Assembly: GCA_024636855.1 (NCBI GenBank)
Contig: JAGXGG010000049.1
Location: forward strand, 20,362 to 84,361
Source: Ignavibacteriota bacterium
GTDB taxonomy: Bacteria; Bacteroidota; Ignavibacteria; Kapaibacteriales; UBA2268
Direction: 5' to 3'
Length of the DNA: 64,000 nt
Shown: positions 18,501 to 27,821 of the stretch, piece after piece
Position numbering within the stretch: position 1 is the first letter of the stretch
How the letters are laid out: every line of letters starts with the position of its first letter
Notes under the pieces: generated by a model
The model's input: the letters and a program-made list of their open reading frames with translations, nothing else
Told to the model about the DNA's origin: nothing
Databases searched by the model: none
Program-made: the position numbers and the translations under genes

Positions 18501-19473
18501 ATAATCTATATTCACCACAACAGTTTGGTGCGAAAGTCGGGTACCAATATGGGTTATTGTTGAAGTAAATATTATAAGCAAAGTACTTATTAAGAACTCC
18601 TACAGAAACACCTTCACATAGTATTGTTGACACTGTATCAGACCAAACTTTAGGTTCATCATCACAAGCAGTGTGATAAGTTAAATTAGCTATATTTTTA
18701 ACAGTATCACCGACACTGAACGTTGGAGAAGGATATTTCACTCTTATATAAGTACAATACCAAATTGGATAAGGTGAAACGTTTAGTGCAACAGGACCAC
18801 CAGTTAAACCAATCCAAGTACCTGTAGAGGTAACCCCATCAGGTCCAGTCCAACTTCCATTTACATCGATGATTTCTGCTCCAGCAGGTAGTAAATCTTC
18901 TAGAGAATCAATGTATAAGTTTAAACCACCTATATCAGAACCACTAGGAGAAGTAATACAGATTCTATAAACGACTTCGTCATCTATTGCACAACCTGCA
19001 ATTTTTTCTTTTTTCAATTGCCATTTGTTTTCCGGCTTATCAGAAATAACACAAGATGAGTTGGATTTTATCCAAACCCCACCATCTCTATTATCAGTTA
19101 TTTGTGCTTCATTACAAACTTCAACTCCTTCGCATGTGACCCCAGGTTTGAATCTAGCATTTATCTGAACAGTACCCGAACCACTAGGGTTAATTAATCC
19201 AGAAATTGCAAAATTCACAGTATTACCTGAAATTGTCGAAATAGGACCCGATGGCAAAGCACTTAGTACATCTAATGCTGATGGCACTATATCTTCTATG
19301 TAAAGTGTGCCCGGTGCACCCCCAGACCAGTTATAAGTGATAGTATAAGTAAATGGCTGCCCCGATTGAATAGGAGTAGGTGCATTATTGCTTTTACTTA
19401 TGCTATATGTAACTTGCGAATACGCTTCATTGGTGGGTATAACCAGCAATGAGAAGACGGCTAGTAAGTACAT
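15559..19473 (-). CDS. giant Cys-rich surface protein with DUF11-like repeat domains and T9SS C-terminal sorting domain
   Basis: Signal peptide MYLLAVFSLLVIPTNEAYSQ. Repeated '..G.PFTYTITY.N.G..' and 'Y.L.V.N.GN..A....I.D.LP.G' DUF11-like units. 321-nt tandem duplication at 16303-16944. C-terminal VYPNPISSILNIDY...GVYLYTIETE...RFVIKK. The longest ORF (TTG at 19641) adds 56 non-signal-like residues. Confidence 0.7.
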   Translation of the reverse strand: MYLLAVFSLLVIPTNEAYSQVTYSISKSNNAPTPIQSGQPFTYTITYNWSGGAPGTLYIEDIVPSALDVLSALPSGPISTISGNTVNFAISGLINPSGSGTVQINARFKPGVTCEGVEVCNEAQITDNRDGGVWIKSNSSCVISDKPENKWQLKKEKIAGCAIDDEVVYRICITSPSGSDIGGLNLYIDSLEDLLPAGAEIIDVNGSWTGPDGVTSTGTWIGLTGGPVALNVSPYPIWYCTYIRVKYPSPTFSVGDTVKNIANLTYHTACDDEPKVWSDTVSTILCEGVSVGVLNKYFAYNIYFNNNPYWYPTFAPNCCGEYRLWYRNIGTIAQGPVIIEDTLSGDVDVNKIQTDIPNDPAILPVTVEVYTWNGSSCNTVPAVTFTYTTVGAKVESTLPADICRIKWTYDTIPVNTIVREYLDVCARATNFKTGLPLTPGYIANNPMAVHADTLHLFDEVDTSVDTTSPNVIAVKLFTGECDNGAINPNGPFMPGDTVRYRLAVANVGNLDASLATITDNLPSGFTYVGNESYFYGSFNYNVNAYNPNCDLFTTTVPTQIGGTITSPSVGDNSLLWSFPVLPANCDGSVEFFLIEFDVALAEDPPVLAGQHENTFDFDADNSPIVTSNVAYMTVNAIAQLQTKKEVRLIISGAAWANIADIPQGQTAEYKLSVINSGNTPLTQICLLDIAPWVGDISVLPPYNPRNSQFDLPYNPADGAITSTPAGFTATYNTSTLGIQKNPSRSSECGGFCGITDPVGALAGTYGAVATTYSYKVNANSGISLAAGATLEILVPATIPSATAVNDTACNSFAVQTIPAGLPGVCLSTESNNACVVAKEKEVKDTCLIDKGYEIECKGLDEKGNQIYGLNLLLQSNVGYTTTISLTSVDASFFNLSPTTLVSGTLTTILADFITTASAGDTICFTVELKDKEQRTVCEKEICIVIPECKDDSCLIIERVRVDCKGLDQKGNQIYGLNMLLQSNLTSSTTITLISTDAIFSNITPTTLPPATMTTVLADFITTASVGDTICFVVQLNDAAGNAVCKEETCIVIPDCKKDEGCECPFDVNVKPLEAGQTEGTSFFMSNAINTSGANLKRVRATIISAIITEQCGGQVTTYNTGAIFQSATDWAGNSATGLNTPSVTWDSKDCDSLDEFLPDYRLDIPFTSAEKCKLSVKLCIRYEFLDCECFHCETVLCTEFEIKNPISGIAREDGLSKRTISSTVYPNPISSILNIDYNLKQSSNVSIVIRDLTGKAVATLVNAEQKVAGDYTISMETFNLAAGVYLYTIETETESHTNRFVIKK

Positions 19474-19846
19474 AAAGTACTTGAGTTTACTAGGTATTAT
19501 ACCTAAATTGAGTAATTGATTTTTCACGAATACCTCTGCTTTTATAAATAGAATTACTTTTTGTATTGTTTTAATATATAAATAATTTTTAACTTTCAAG
19601 AGAGTAATTAATGAATACAAATTCATATATGTCTTAAACAAACTGACAAGCCGTAGTACTGCTGGGATTTATGAAAAGCAAAAAATTAATAGCAATTAAT
19701 TAAATTGTCTAATAATAACAACTACTATACTTGAATTTCATTAAATAGTATCTATAAGGGCATATTAGTTAGATCGTTTTATATACGTTATAGTATTATT
19801 ATCGGATTTGATAAGTGTTTTTTTCTATACTGAATATGTGATTTGT

Positions 19847-20188
19847 CTAATTGACATACTGCAAATAGTATAACCTAATCAGAAGTAATAAAGGAATGGA
19901 TGAAGTAAATAGTAATATGAGGAATGAGAATTTTCCTTTATCTAGAAGATGATTTTCTTTCAAGAGAATAAGTGACCAAGCAAACATAAGTAGTTCGTAG
20001 ATTATAAGACATACTACTAGAAAGATAGCCAAATATCCCCATTCATACTCAGTCATATCAGCTGTTTGAGGACTCGTTTGTCTGTTGAACTCTATTATAA
20101 TCTCTATCAGTTTGTAAATGCAGACTAGTATAATAGATGAAATATACAGAGTGAGAGCAAATTCCTTAGATTTATACCGTTCTTTCAT
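19847..20188 (-). CDS. small polytopic membrane protein, translationally coupled to the cyclase upstream
   Basis: 3-4 hydrophobic helices. Its ATG lies 1 nt after the cyclase stop codon (TAG-A-ATG). Confidence 0.5.
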   Translation of the reverse strand: MKERYKSKEFALTLYISSIILVCIYKLIEIIIEFNRQTSPQTADMTEYEWGYLAIFLVVCLIIYELLMFAWSLILLKENHLLDKGKFSFLILLFTSSIPLLLLIRLYYLQYVN

Positions 20189-20189
20189 T

Positions 20190-22283
20190 CTACTTTCTGT
20201 GAACCATATATGTAATCATTTTGCCTTTTCCTTTCACTTCCATTGGCGGCAGCTCATCGAATTTGAAATTATGGTTCTGTCCATCTAATTCTCTTTTTAC
20301 ATTAGAAGATATATGAACTAATCCTGGAGTTCCAGTTGACTCCATTCTAGAAGCAGTGTTTACCGAGTCTCCCCATAAGTCGTAGGCGAATTTCATTTCC
20401 CCAATTACACCTGCCACGATTGGCCCAGACTCTATACCTACTCTTGCTTTTATATCGGTATTCATCTTGGCATTTATTTCTTTCAACACAATATGTACAT
20501 CTAAAGAGAAATTTGTAGCTCTAACAGAGTGATCAGAACACGGCTCAGGTACTCCTGCTGCTGCCATATATCCATCACCAATAGTTTTGATTTTCTCTAA
20601 ACCATACTTTACTATTAGACCATCTATTTCGTGGAACACATCATTCAACATCTGTAATACGTCCGATGCTTTTCTATCTTTTGAGTATGCAGTAAACCCA
20701 ACTAAATCTATAAATACAATGCTTGCACACTCTATATCATCAGCGATTAGTCTTTCCTTTTTCTTTAATCTGTTAGCTATTTTCAAAGGGAGAATATTTA
20801 GCAGTAACTTCTCTGATCTTTGTCTTTGTCTAAATACAATGATTGCAATAAATGCAATTCCAATAGCACCACCAATAAATGCCCAACGCTCATTCTTGGC
20901 TTGGGTTATCTCAAGATTCTGGATTTCATTTTCTCTGTTTTTAATCTCTAGTTCTTTGTCTTTTATTTCGTTTTCTCTTATAGCTTCTAAGTTAGCAATT
21001 TGAGATTGAGATTTCTCAGTAAAAACAGAGTCTTTTAGTACGACATACTCTTTGTATAATTCAAGTGATTTTGCATAGTCTCCTTTTAACATATATGAAT
21101 TAGACAAACCCAAAATAAATCTATACCGCGTATATAAATCACCTACTTCTTCTAAAATCTTGATAGCTTGACTATAGCTAGAGATAGATCTTTGTAGATT
21201 TTCTTGTTTGTTCAAACTTACCAAATTGCTAGCTTTCTTAATACCAGCTAGTATAGAGTCTTGCGATAAACTATAGTATAACTCGCCAATATTACCTAGG
21301 TTACTAGCTACTCCCGTTCTACTACCTAATTCTTCGTATATATTTATAGCTTCCTTGTAATTTTCTAATGCTTCTGTAAATTCTGATTGATATTGATGTA
21401 CAATACCTATATTAGTAAGCAGACTTGCAACCCCATATTTATTACCCAAATCATCGAATATATCAACTGATAATTCGAAATTTTGCAGAGCATTTTTAAA
21501 CTCTTCTTGGGCTAAATATACAGAACCTAAATTTGCTAATATTGAAGCTTCACCTATTTTATCTTTTAGCTCTTGTTTTATTTTGAGGGCCTTTTTATAG
21601 TAATCTATCGCTCTTTTAAAATCACTTTGATAATCATAAATCATCCCTATATTACCAAGGTTTGTAGCTATACCACTTTTATTCCCAAGTTTTTCGAACA
21701 TAGATAGCGATCTTTGATAATAATCCAAAGCATTTGCATAATCAGACTGGTTTCTATAGATAAATCCTATATTGCCCAATGTACTTGCTATTCTTTCTTT
21801 GTCTTTTAATCTTTCGAATATATCTAAAGCATTTTCATAATTCTCAATAGCTTTATCATATAATGATTGGTTCTGGTAAACTATACCAATATTTAATAAT
21901 GTCTTTCCAATTTCAAGTTTTAAATCTAATTCATCATAAGTTTCCAGTGCCTTATTAAAGTAGATTTTAGCTTTGGTAAAATCTGATTTTCCTAAAGCAT
22001 AGTTTAGACCTATTGAGACATTATTATTGGCAATGCCTTCCTCCCATTCCAATTCTTGGGCTAGTTTTACCCCTCTTTCTCCATACTTAATACCTTTATC
22101 GGGATTAGTTGCCTGGATACTAGCGGATAATCTAGCCAGAAGGCTCACCTGTGCAGTGTCCTTTTTGGCATTAGGTAAAGCATTGAGCAATGAATCTAAT
22201 TTCTCTTGTCCTTGTTTTTCTGACAAAAGAGATTGAGTAGTAAATGATAAAAAAACTATAAAAAGTAAAATTTTAAATTTCAT
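20190..22283 (-). CDS. TPR-repeat / class III adenylate cyclase, paralogue 1
   Basis: Signal peptide, then ~10 TPR units (..LGNIG.IY..Q.DY..A..YY..AL.I.E.LGDK.G.A..), a coiled coil and one TM helix (WAFIGGAIGIAFIAIIVF). Cyclase domain motifs: FIDLVGFT, KTIGDGYMAAAG, YDLWGDSVNTASRMES. The Lys + Asp pair indicates ATP specificity. Confidence 0.85.
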   Translation of the reverse strand: MKFKILLFIVFLSFTTQSLLSEKQGQEKLDSLLNALPNAKKDTAQVSLLARLSASIQATNPDKGIKYGERGVKLAQELEWEEGIANNNVSIGLNYALGKSDFTKAKIYFNKALETYDELDLKLEIGKTLLNIGIVYQNQSLYDKAIENYENALDIFERLKDKERIASTLGNIGFIYRNQSDYANALDYYQRSLSMFEKLGNKSGIATNLGNIGMIYDYQSDFKRAIDYYKKALKIKQELKDKIGEASILANLGSVYLAQEEFKNALQNFELSVDIFDDLGNKYGVASLLTNIGIVHQYQSEFTEALENYKEAINIYEELGSRTGVASNLGNIGELYYSLSQDSILAGIKKASNLVSLNKQENLQRSISSYSQAIKILEEVGDLYTRYRFILGLSNSYMLKGDYAKSLELYKEYVVLKDSVFTEKSQSQIANLEAIRENEIKDKELEIKNRENEIQNLEITQAKNERWAFIGGAIGIAFIAIIVFRQRQRSEKLLLNILPLKIANRLKKKERLIADDIECASIVFIDLVGFTAYSKDRKASDVLQMLNDVFHEIDGLIVKYGLEKIKTIGDGYMAAAGVPEPCSDHSVRATNFSLDVHIVLKEINAKMNTDIKARVGIESGPIVAGVIGEMKFAYDLWGDSVNTASRMESTGTPGLVHISSNVKRELDGQNHNFKFDELPPMEVKGKGKMITYMVHRK

Positions 22284-22291
22284 TCTTTTCC

Positions 22292-24268
22292 TTATTTAAG
22301 TAGATAAGTTAAAACCTTACCTTTTCCTTTGATTTCTACTTCGCCACGTTCTTTATACTTGATACCATAATCCTTAATCTCTTTTATAAAGGATTCAGTT
22401 ACCTGTATCTCATTTGGTAGGCCTGTACTTTCCATTCTTGATGCCATATTAACAGCATCACCCCATAAATCATAGCTGAATTTACTCTCACCAATTACTC
22501 CCGCTACCACTGGTCCATTATCTATACCAATTCTAAATAAAAGCTTATGGCCATCTGGTGTTACATAATTATGCATCAGGTCCTTTGCCTCTAGTGCAAA
22601 TCTAGCAGTTGCCAAAGCATGGTTGTCATGAGGCTCAGGTAATCCTGCTACAGCCATATAACAATCGCCTATCGGTTTTATTTTCTCTAGACCATGTTTT
22701 AGAGAGAGTATGTCAAATCTAGTGAAAATATCATTCAAAGCTGATACGATTTCCTCGGGTTCGGTACCTTTTGAATAGGTAGTAAAGCCCACTATATCTA
22801 TAAATATAATAGATACTTCATCAAATCTATCGGCTATATTTTTCTCGTTTCTCTTTAATCTTTTTGCGATTTTTTCAGGCATTATATTCAGAAGTAATTT
22901 CTCTGATTTTCGACGTTGCATGAATATAATAACTAGAAGAATCACAACTGCTGCCAAACCTAGAAACAAAGCTGTTTGTTCATTTACTTTTCTAAGTAAT
23001 TCTAAATCTTTTAGTTTTAACTCTTTTTCTTTTATTTCATTTTCTTTTTTTGCTTCTAGGTTGGCTATTTCGGTGGTTTTCTCTACACTGAATATAGAAT
23101 CTTTTAGCTTTGCCCATTCTGTTTGATATATATAGGCATTTTCGTAGTTTCCTATTGACTCATTAGCTTTATCTAATGTACTGTAAACTTCCATCAACTG
23201 TCTTTTATCACCAATTTCAAGAGAGATATCTTTTGACTTTTGAGCATATTCTATTGATTTATTTAGATTATATATTTTATCTAAACTAAAACTGGTATTT
23301 TTCAGTTTTAAATCTTGGATTACACTATCTTGTGATAATATATAGTGTACTGCCGCCAGATTCCCTAAATTCACGGCTATACCACTTTTGCTTCCTATTT
23401 CTTCATTCAACTTTAGAGCTCGATTATAATACTCATAAGCTTTCTCATAATCTAGTGTTTCCCAGTATAATATGCCTATATTCCCAAGGCGAATGGCAAT
23501 ACTTTTTATATTACCTAATTCTTCATCTATTTCTAAGGCTCTTTCGTAATATTCAAGAGCTTTCTCATAATTCTTTAAAAAAGTATAATTCCAAGCAATA
23601 TTACCTAATTGTTTTGATATTTTATCTTTATCGTTTAGTCTTTCATAAATTTCTAAAGATTTTCTGTTGAACTTTAACGCTTTTTCATAGTCTTTCAGAT
23701 ATGTATATACTATACCTATGTTTCCATTTTGTCTGGCTATACTCGCTTCTATACCATCTTTCTCCGCTATTTTTAGTGCTTGTTGATAGTAGTCCAATGC
23801 AGCCGTAAAATTTGACTGATTCATACTAGCAATACCAAGATTTCCTAATTGTTGAGATACTCCACTCTTATCTCCTAATTCTTTGTAAATAGCTAGTGAC
23901 TTACCAAAATAATTAACAGCCTCGTTATTATTACTTTTTATAGAATTGTTTACACCTAAGCTATTGTAAGCCATTGCTTTCCCCTTTTTCCAACCTATCT
24001 TATCGGTTAGTTTGGAAGCTATAATTGCATATTTTATACCTGAATCTGGGTCGATAGTGTAGAAATTCATTGATAATGAACAAAGTATGTTAACTTTGTT
24101 TGTATCATCAATTGCTTTGGGTAATTTAGACTTTAGAGAATCAATAATTTCTGCGCTTTTGTTAGAAGGGACTAAAGGTATTACTATTAACAATAATAAA
24201 ACTAATGAAAGATATAGGGAATTTCTATTTATCACTGTCTTTACCCAACTTTTTATTTCCAATAACAT
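22292..24268 (-). CDS. TPR-repeat / class III adenylate cyclase, paralogue 2
   Basis: Same architecture as paralogue 1. Motifs: FIDIVGFT, KPIGDCYMAVAG, YDLWGDAVNMASRMES. Confidence 0.85.
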   Translation of the reverse strand: MLLEIKSWVKTVINRNSLYLSLVLLLLIVIPLVPSNKSAEIIDSLKSKLPKAIDDTNKVNILCSLSMNFYTIDPDSGIKYAIIASKLTDKIGWKKGKAMAYNSLGVNNSIKSNNNEAVNYFGKSLAIYKELGDKSGVSQQLGNLGIASMNQSNFTAALDYYQQALKIAEKDGIEASIARQNGNIGIVYTYLKDYEKALKFNRKSLEIYERLNDKDKISKQLGNIAWNYTFLKNYEKALEYYERALEIDEELGNIKSIAIRLGNIGILYWETLDYEKAYEYYNRALKLNEEIGSKSGIAVNLGNLAAVHYILSQDSVIQDLKLKNTSFSLDKIYNLNKSIEYAQKSKDISLEIGDKRQLMEVYSTLDKANESIGNYENAYIYQTEWAKLKDSIFSVEKTTEIANLEAKKENEIKEKELKLKDLELLRKVNEQTALFLGLAAVVILLVIIFMQRRKSEKLLLNIMPEKIAKRLKRNEKNIADRFDEVSIIFIDIVGFTTYSKGTEPEEIVSALNDIFTRFDILSLKHGLEKIKPIGDCYMAVAGLPEPHDNHALATARFALEAKDLMHNYVTPDGHKLLFRIGIDNGPVVAGVIGESKFSYDLWGDAVNMASRMESTGLPNEIQVTESFIKEIKDYGIKYKERGEVEIKGKGKVLTYLLK

Positions 24269-26210
24269 GATCTTTGAGTAAATAAGTTTTTACTATACCT
24301 TTACCTTTTATGTTAATTTCGCCTCTTTCTTCGCAAGTTATATTATAACTTTGCAGACTGTTTGCAAAATTCTCAGTAACTTGTATTTCGTTAGGTAGTC
24401 CAGTACTTTCCATTCTAGAAGCAGTATTTACGGCATCACCCCATAAATCATAACTGAACTTACGTTCGCCTATTACTCCAGCAACTACTGGTCCAGCATC
24501 GATTCCTATTCTGAAATGAAGTTTATGCCCATCATTAGTTGTATAATCTTGCATCAATCTTTGAGCCTGAAGAGCAAATTCGGCAGTTGATAATATTGGT
24601 TGTGGGTGTGGTTCAGGTAAACCAGCTGCAGCCATATAACAATCACCAATAGTTTTTATTTTCTCTAGACCATATTCTTTGGTCAAATTATCAAACTTTG
24701 TAAATATTTCGTTAAGTACGGAAACTACTTTCACTGGGTCTGTATCATTGGAGTAGCTTGTAAAGCCGACTATATCCAAAAATATTATTGCAGTATTCTC
24801 AAACCTATCAGCAATTCTTTTTTCGTTATTTTTTAATCTTTTTGCTATTTTAGCAGGTAAGATATTCAGAAGTAATTTCTCTGATTTTCTTCTCTCGAAG
24901 AATACTAACAAGAGCATTATAGCTCCTCCACCGAACCCAAGTATTAATACATATTGCTCATTATACTTACGTGATAATTCTAAATCTCTCAACTTGATTT
25001 CTTTTTCATTTATCTCACCTTGCTTTATCGCCTCTAGTTTAGCTATTTCCTTAGTCTTTTGAACACTAAAAATAGAATCTCTAAGCTCTATCCATTCCCT
25101 TTGATATAAATACGCTTTCTTAAAGTTACCTTTCATTGCATAGGCCTTTTCTAAAAAGCCATAAAACTCTCTGAGCATATCTTTAGAACCAATTGATTCA
25201 GCTATATGAGTAGCTTTTTCAGAGTATTCTATTGATTTTCCCAAGTTATAATCTTTATCCAGAGAGATCGTACTGTTTCTTTCTTTTAGCTTAGTTACTA
25301 TAGAGTCTAGAGTTAGATTGAAATATAATCCACCCAAATTGCCCATTATAGCTGCACTTCCAAATTTATTTCCGATTTCTTCATTTATATTAAGTGCTTT
25401 CTCATAATTGACTAATGCTAATTGATAATCTGAAAGATAATTATAAGTATTTGCCATATTACCGAGGTTTGTCGCTATACCGAATTTATTACCAAATAAC
25501 TCCCATAGTTCAAGTGCTTTACTAAAATTAACTAATGCTTTATCATATTGCTTTGAATCTAGATATGTAGTTCCCATATTACCAAGAATGGTAGCTATTC
25601 CACGTCTGTTATTATTTGTTTCATGTATTTTTAAAGCTTTTTTGTAATATTTTAAAGCACTATCAAAGTTCTTTAGATCACTATATATATTACCAATATT
25701 CCCTTGGTTATCAGCTTCGCCTTCTTTGTCACCTATTATCATATCAATCTTGAGAGCTTTCTGATAGTAATTCAATGCTAGAGAATAGCTTGATAAATTA
25801 TAATAAATATTCCCGATGTTTGTAAAGTTTTTAGCAATCTCTAGTGAGTCTTTACTCTCTTGATTTAGTTTCAAAGATTTTTGGAAGTAATCTAAGGCTT
25901 CATCAAAATTTCCCAACGCATATAAATTCCCACCAATTGAATTATAGGACTTAGCGATACCTTCTTTCCAATCAAGTTTTTTTGCTAAGGTAAGCGATTG
26001 ATTTCCATATTTAACACCTAACTCGGGGTCTATTGAGTTATATTGGAAAGACATCATATGAAGCAAGGATACTTTATTCGTATCTTCAAGAGCAGTTTTT
26101 AATTTTTCTTTCAGTAGTTCTAACTTTGCTTGCTCTCTATTCTGTGATATGAGAGAACACGGAATTATAGCAATAGCTAAACAAAATACTATGAGAAGTG
26201 AATATCTCAA
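24225..26210 (-). CDS. TPR-repeat / class III adenylate cyclase, paralogue 3
   Basis: Same architecture as paralogue 1. Motifs: FLDIVGFT, KTIGDCYMAAAG, YDLWGDAVNTASRMES. Its 3' end overlaps the longest ORF of paralogue 2 by 44 nt. Confidence 0.85.
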   Translation of the reverse strand: MRYSLLIVFCLAIAIIPCSLISQNREQAKLELLKEKLKTALEDTNKVSLLHMMSFQYNSIDPELGVKYGNQSLTLAKKLDWKEGIAKSYNSIGGNLYALGNFDEALDYFQKSLKLNQESKDSLEIAKNFTNIGNIYYNLSSYSLALNYYQKALKIDMIIGDKEGEADNQGNIGNIYSDLKNFDSALKYYKKALKIHETNNNRRGIATILGNMGTTYLDSKQYDKALVNFSKALELWELFGNKFGIATNLGNMANTYNYLSDYQLALVNYEKALNINEEIGNKFGSAAIMGNLGGLYFNLTLDSIVTKLKERNSTISLDKDYNLGKSIEYSEKATHIAESIGSKDMLREFYGFLEKAYAMKGNFKKAYLYQREWIELRDSIFSVQKTKEIAKLEAIKQGEINEKEIKLRDLELSRKYNEQYVLILGFGGGAIMLLLVFFERRKSEKLLLNILPAKIAKRLKNNEKRIADRFENTAIIFLDIVGFTSYSNDTDPVKVVSVLNEIFTKFDNLTKEYGLEKIKTIGDCYMAAAGLPEPHPQPILSTAEFALQAQRLMQDYTTNDGHKLHFRIGIDAGPVVAGVIGERKFSYDLWGDAVNTASRMESTGLPNEIQVTENFANSLQSYNITCEERGEINIKGKGIVKTYLLKDHVIGNKKLGKDSDK

Positions 26211-26393
26211 AGTATTCTCCTATAAGATATAATTCTGAATGAATAAGACATAAGATTTTTTCAGTAATTGGTTTACGTTCAATATACATAATAAGAAATA
26301 ATTAGCAATATTTTAAAATTTCTTCTCCATTTGTCCGCCAAATACAACTATAATTCATATATTGACTTTTTATGATTATTAATAGAGAAAAAA

Positions 26394-27182
26394 ATGAACT
26401 TAGAACTTAAAGGTAAAACTGCATTGGTTTGTGGTGGTACCGATGGTATAGGCAAAGCGTCAGCATTCGAATTGGCCACATTAGGAGCAAACATCGTTCT
26501 TATGGCTCGTTCTGAGGATAAACTAAAGAAAGTAGTAAGCGATTTACCTGCCCATCATTGGCAGAAACATGACTATATAGTTGCTGATTTTTCGAACCCT
26601 GAACAAGTTAGAGATTCAGCTGAAGAGTATATAGTCAAGAATGGTAATATACAAATCCTGGTCAATAACACTGGTGGTCCGCCTGCAGGTGCTCTTCTCA
26701 ATGCCGATGTAGAGTCTTTTTATCGTGGGTTCGATATGCACCTAAAATGTAGTCATTATCTTGTCCAAACATTGTTTGAAGGTATGAAAGATAGCCGCTA
26801 TGGTAGAATAGTAAATATAATATCAACTTCTGTGAAAATCCCAATTTCTGGACTCGGTGTATCCAATACTGTTCGTGGTGCTATGGCTAGTTGGTCAAAA
26901 ACACTAGCAAATGAAATAGCTATGTATGGTATTACTGTGAATAATGTATTACCTGGATTCACTATGACTGGTCGACTGGAAAGCCTAATAGCCAAGAAAG
27001 CGGAAAATCGTGAAATAGGGGAGGGTGAAGTAGAAACTGAAATGCTAGCTACTATCCCAGCAGCTAGATTTGCAGACCCAGAGGAAGTTGCAAATGCCGT
27101 TGCATTCTTAGCTACTCCTGCAGCAGCATATATTAATGGTGTTAATCTACCAGTAGATGGTGGCAGATTGGGGTGCTTATAA
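26394..27182 (+). CDS. short-chain dehydrogenase/reductase (FabG-like)
   Basis: Rossmann motif CGGTDGIGKA, NNTGG motif, 262 aa, C-terminal INGVNLPVDGG. Confidence 0.8.
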   Translation: MNLELKGKTALVCGGTDGIGKASAFELATLGANIVLMARSEDKLKKVVSDLPAHHWQKHDYIVADFSNPEQVRDSAEEYIVKNGNIQILVNNTGGPPAGALLNADVESFYRGFDMHLKCSHYLVQTLFEGMKDSRYGRIVNIISTSVKIPISGLGVSNTVRGAMASWSKTLANEIAMYGITVNNVLPGFTMTGRLESLIAKKAENREIGEGEVETEMLATIPAARFADPEEVANAVAFLATPAAAYINGVNLPVDGGRLGCL

Positions 27183-27258
27183 GAAGTGTAGAGACGTATT
27201 GAATATGTATCAAGAGTCAAACACAATTACAAGATAATTGAGTTTATTAACATTTTCA

Positions 27259-27290
27259 TTTGCATTATATTCATAATTCTCATATATTTG
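27259..27290 (+). promoter_or_regulatory. Bacteroidetes-type promoter (TTTG -33 / TATATTTG -7) of the S24 pair
   Basis: TTTG at 27259-27262, a 20-nt spacer, then TATATTTG at 27283-27290. The longest-ORF start (27288) lies inside the -7 box, which favours the ATG at 27333. Confidence 0.45.
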
Positions 27291-27332
27291 AGACAGCATA
27301 AAGGAAGTTTTCCACAATTCTCAGGTTTTACA

Positions 27333-27761
27333 ATGCAACAATTCGAAGTAATTGGGTTTTTACCAAAATCCGATAGAAAGATTCCGTTCTTTACTATGTC
27401 CGTAGCGGCTGGTATTCCTATTCCTGTCGAGGGGGATGTTGACAGAGAAGTAGATTTGAACGAATTCCTAGTAGAACATCCAGCAGCGACTTTTTTCGTG
27501 AAAGTAAAAGGCGATATGCTCAAATCAGTAGGAATATCTGATAACGATATTCTTATAATAGATACGTCTATTGACCCTACAGATGGCAAGTTCGTCATAG
27601 CTTCTGTTAATGATGATTTGGCAGTTCGGTTCTATCGTGAGATAGATGGTGATAGATTCTTAGAGTCTCACTTAGGTCAGTTTTTACCTTTGGACGAGAA
27701 TAAGTCATTGATAGATTTCCAGATACTCGGAACAGTAACAAAAGTGATTCATTCTCTCTAA
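27333..27761 (+). CDS. UmuD-like S24-fold protein A: catalytic dyad replaced (Ser->Met, Lys->Arg), Ala-Gly cleavage site retained, no HTH domain
   Basis: Aligns gap-free with E. coli UmuD from the cleavage Gly to the Lys. VAA|GIPIP.. matches UmuD VQC|GFPSP. FVKVKGDML matches FVKASGDSM, putting Met at the nucleophile position. DLAVRFY matches EFTVKKL, putting Arg at the general-base position. Confidence 0.75.
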   Translation: MQQFEVIGFLPKSDRKIPFFTMSVAAGIPIPVEGDVDREVDLNEFLVEHPAATFFVKVKGDMLKSVGISDNDILIIDTSIDPTDGKFVIASVNDDLAVRFYREIDGDRFLESHLGQFLPLDENKSLIDFQILGTVTKVIHSL

Positions 27762-27776
27762 AACGGCATAGCAATT

Positions 27777-27805
27777 GTTGGACTCAATCAAACAGTAAGT
27801 CCAAC
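27777..27805 (+). other. 8-bp stem hairpin between the two S24 genes
   Basis: GTTGGACT (27777-27784) / AGTCCAAC (27798-27805) with a 13-nt loop and no T-tract. Confidence 0.4.
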
Positions 27806-27821
27806 GAAATAGAAAAAGAAT

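Noticed and set aside
20587-24281. Plus-strand ORFs of 64-138 aa inside the three cyclase genes
   Set aside because: They are reverse-frame artefacts of TPR and coiled-coil coding sequence (Ser/Phe/Ile-rich) and show no motifs.
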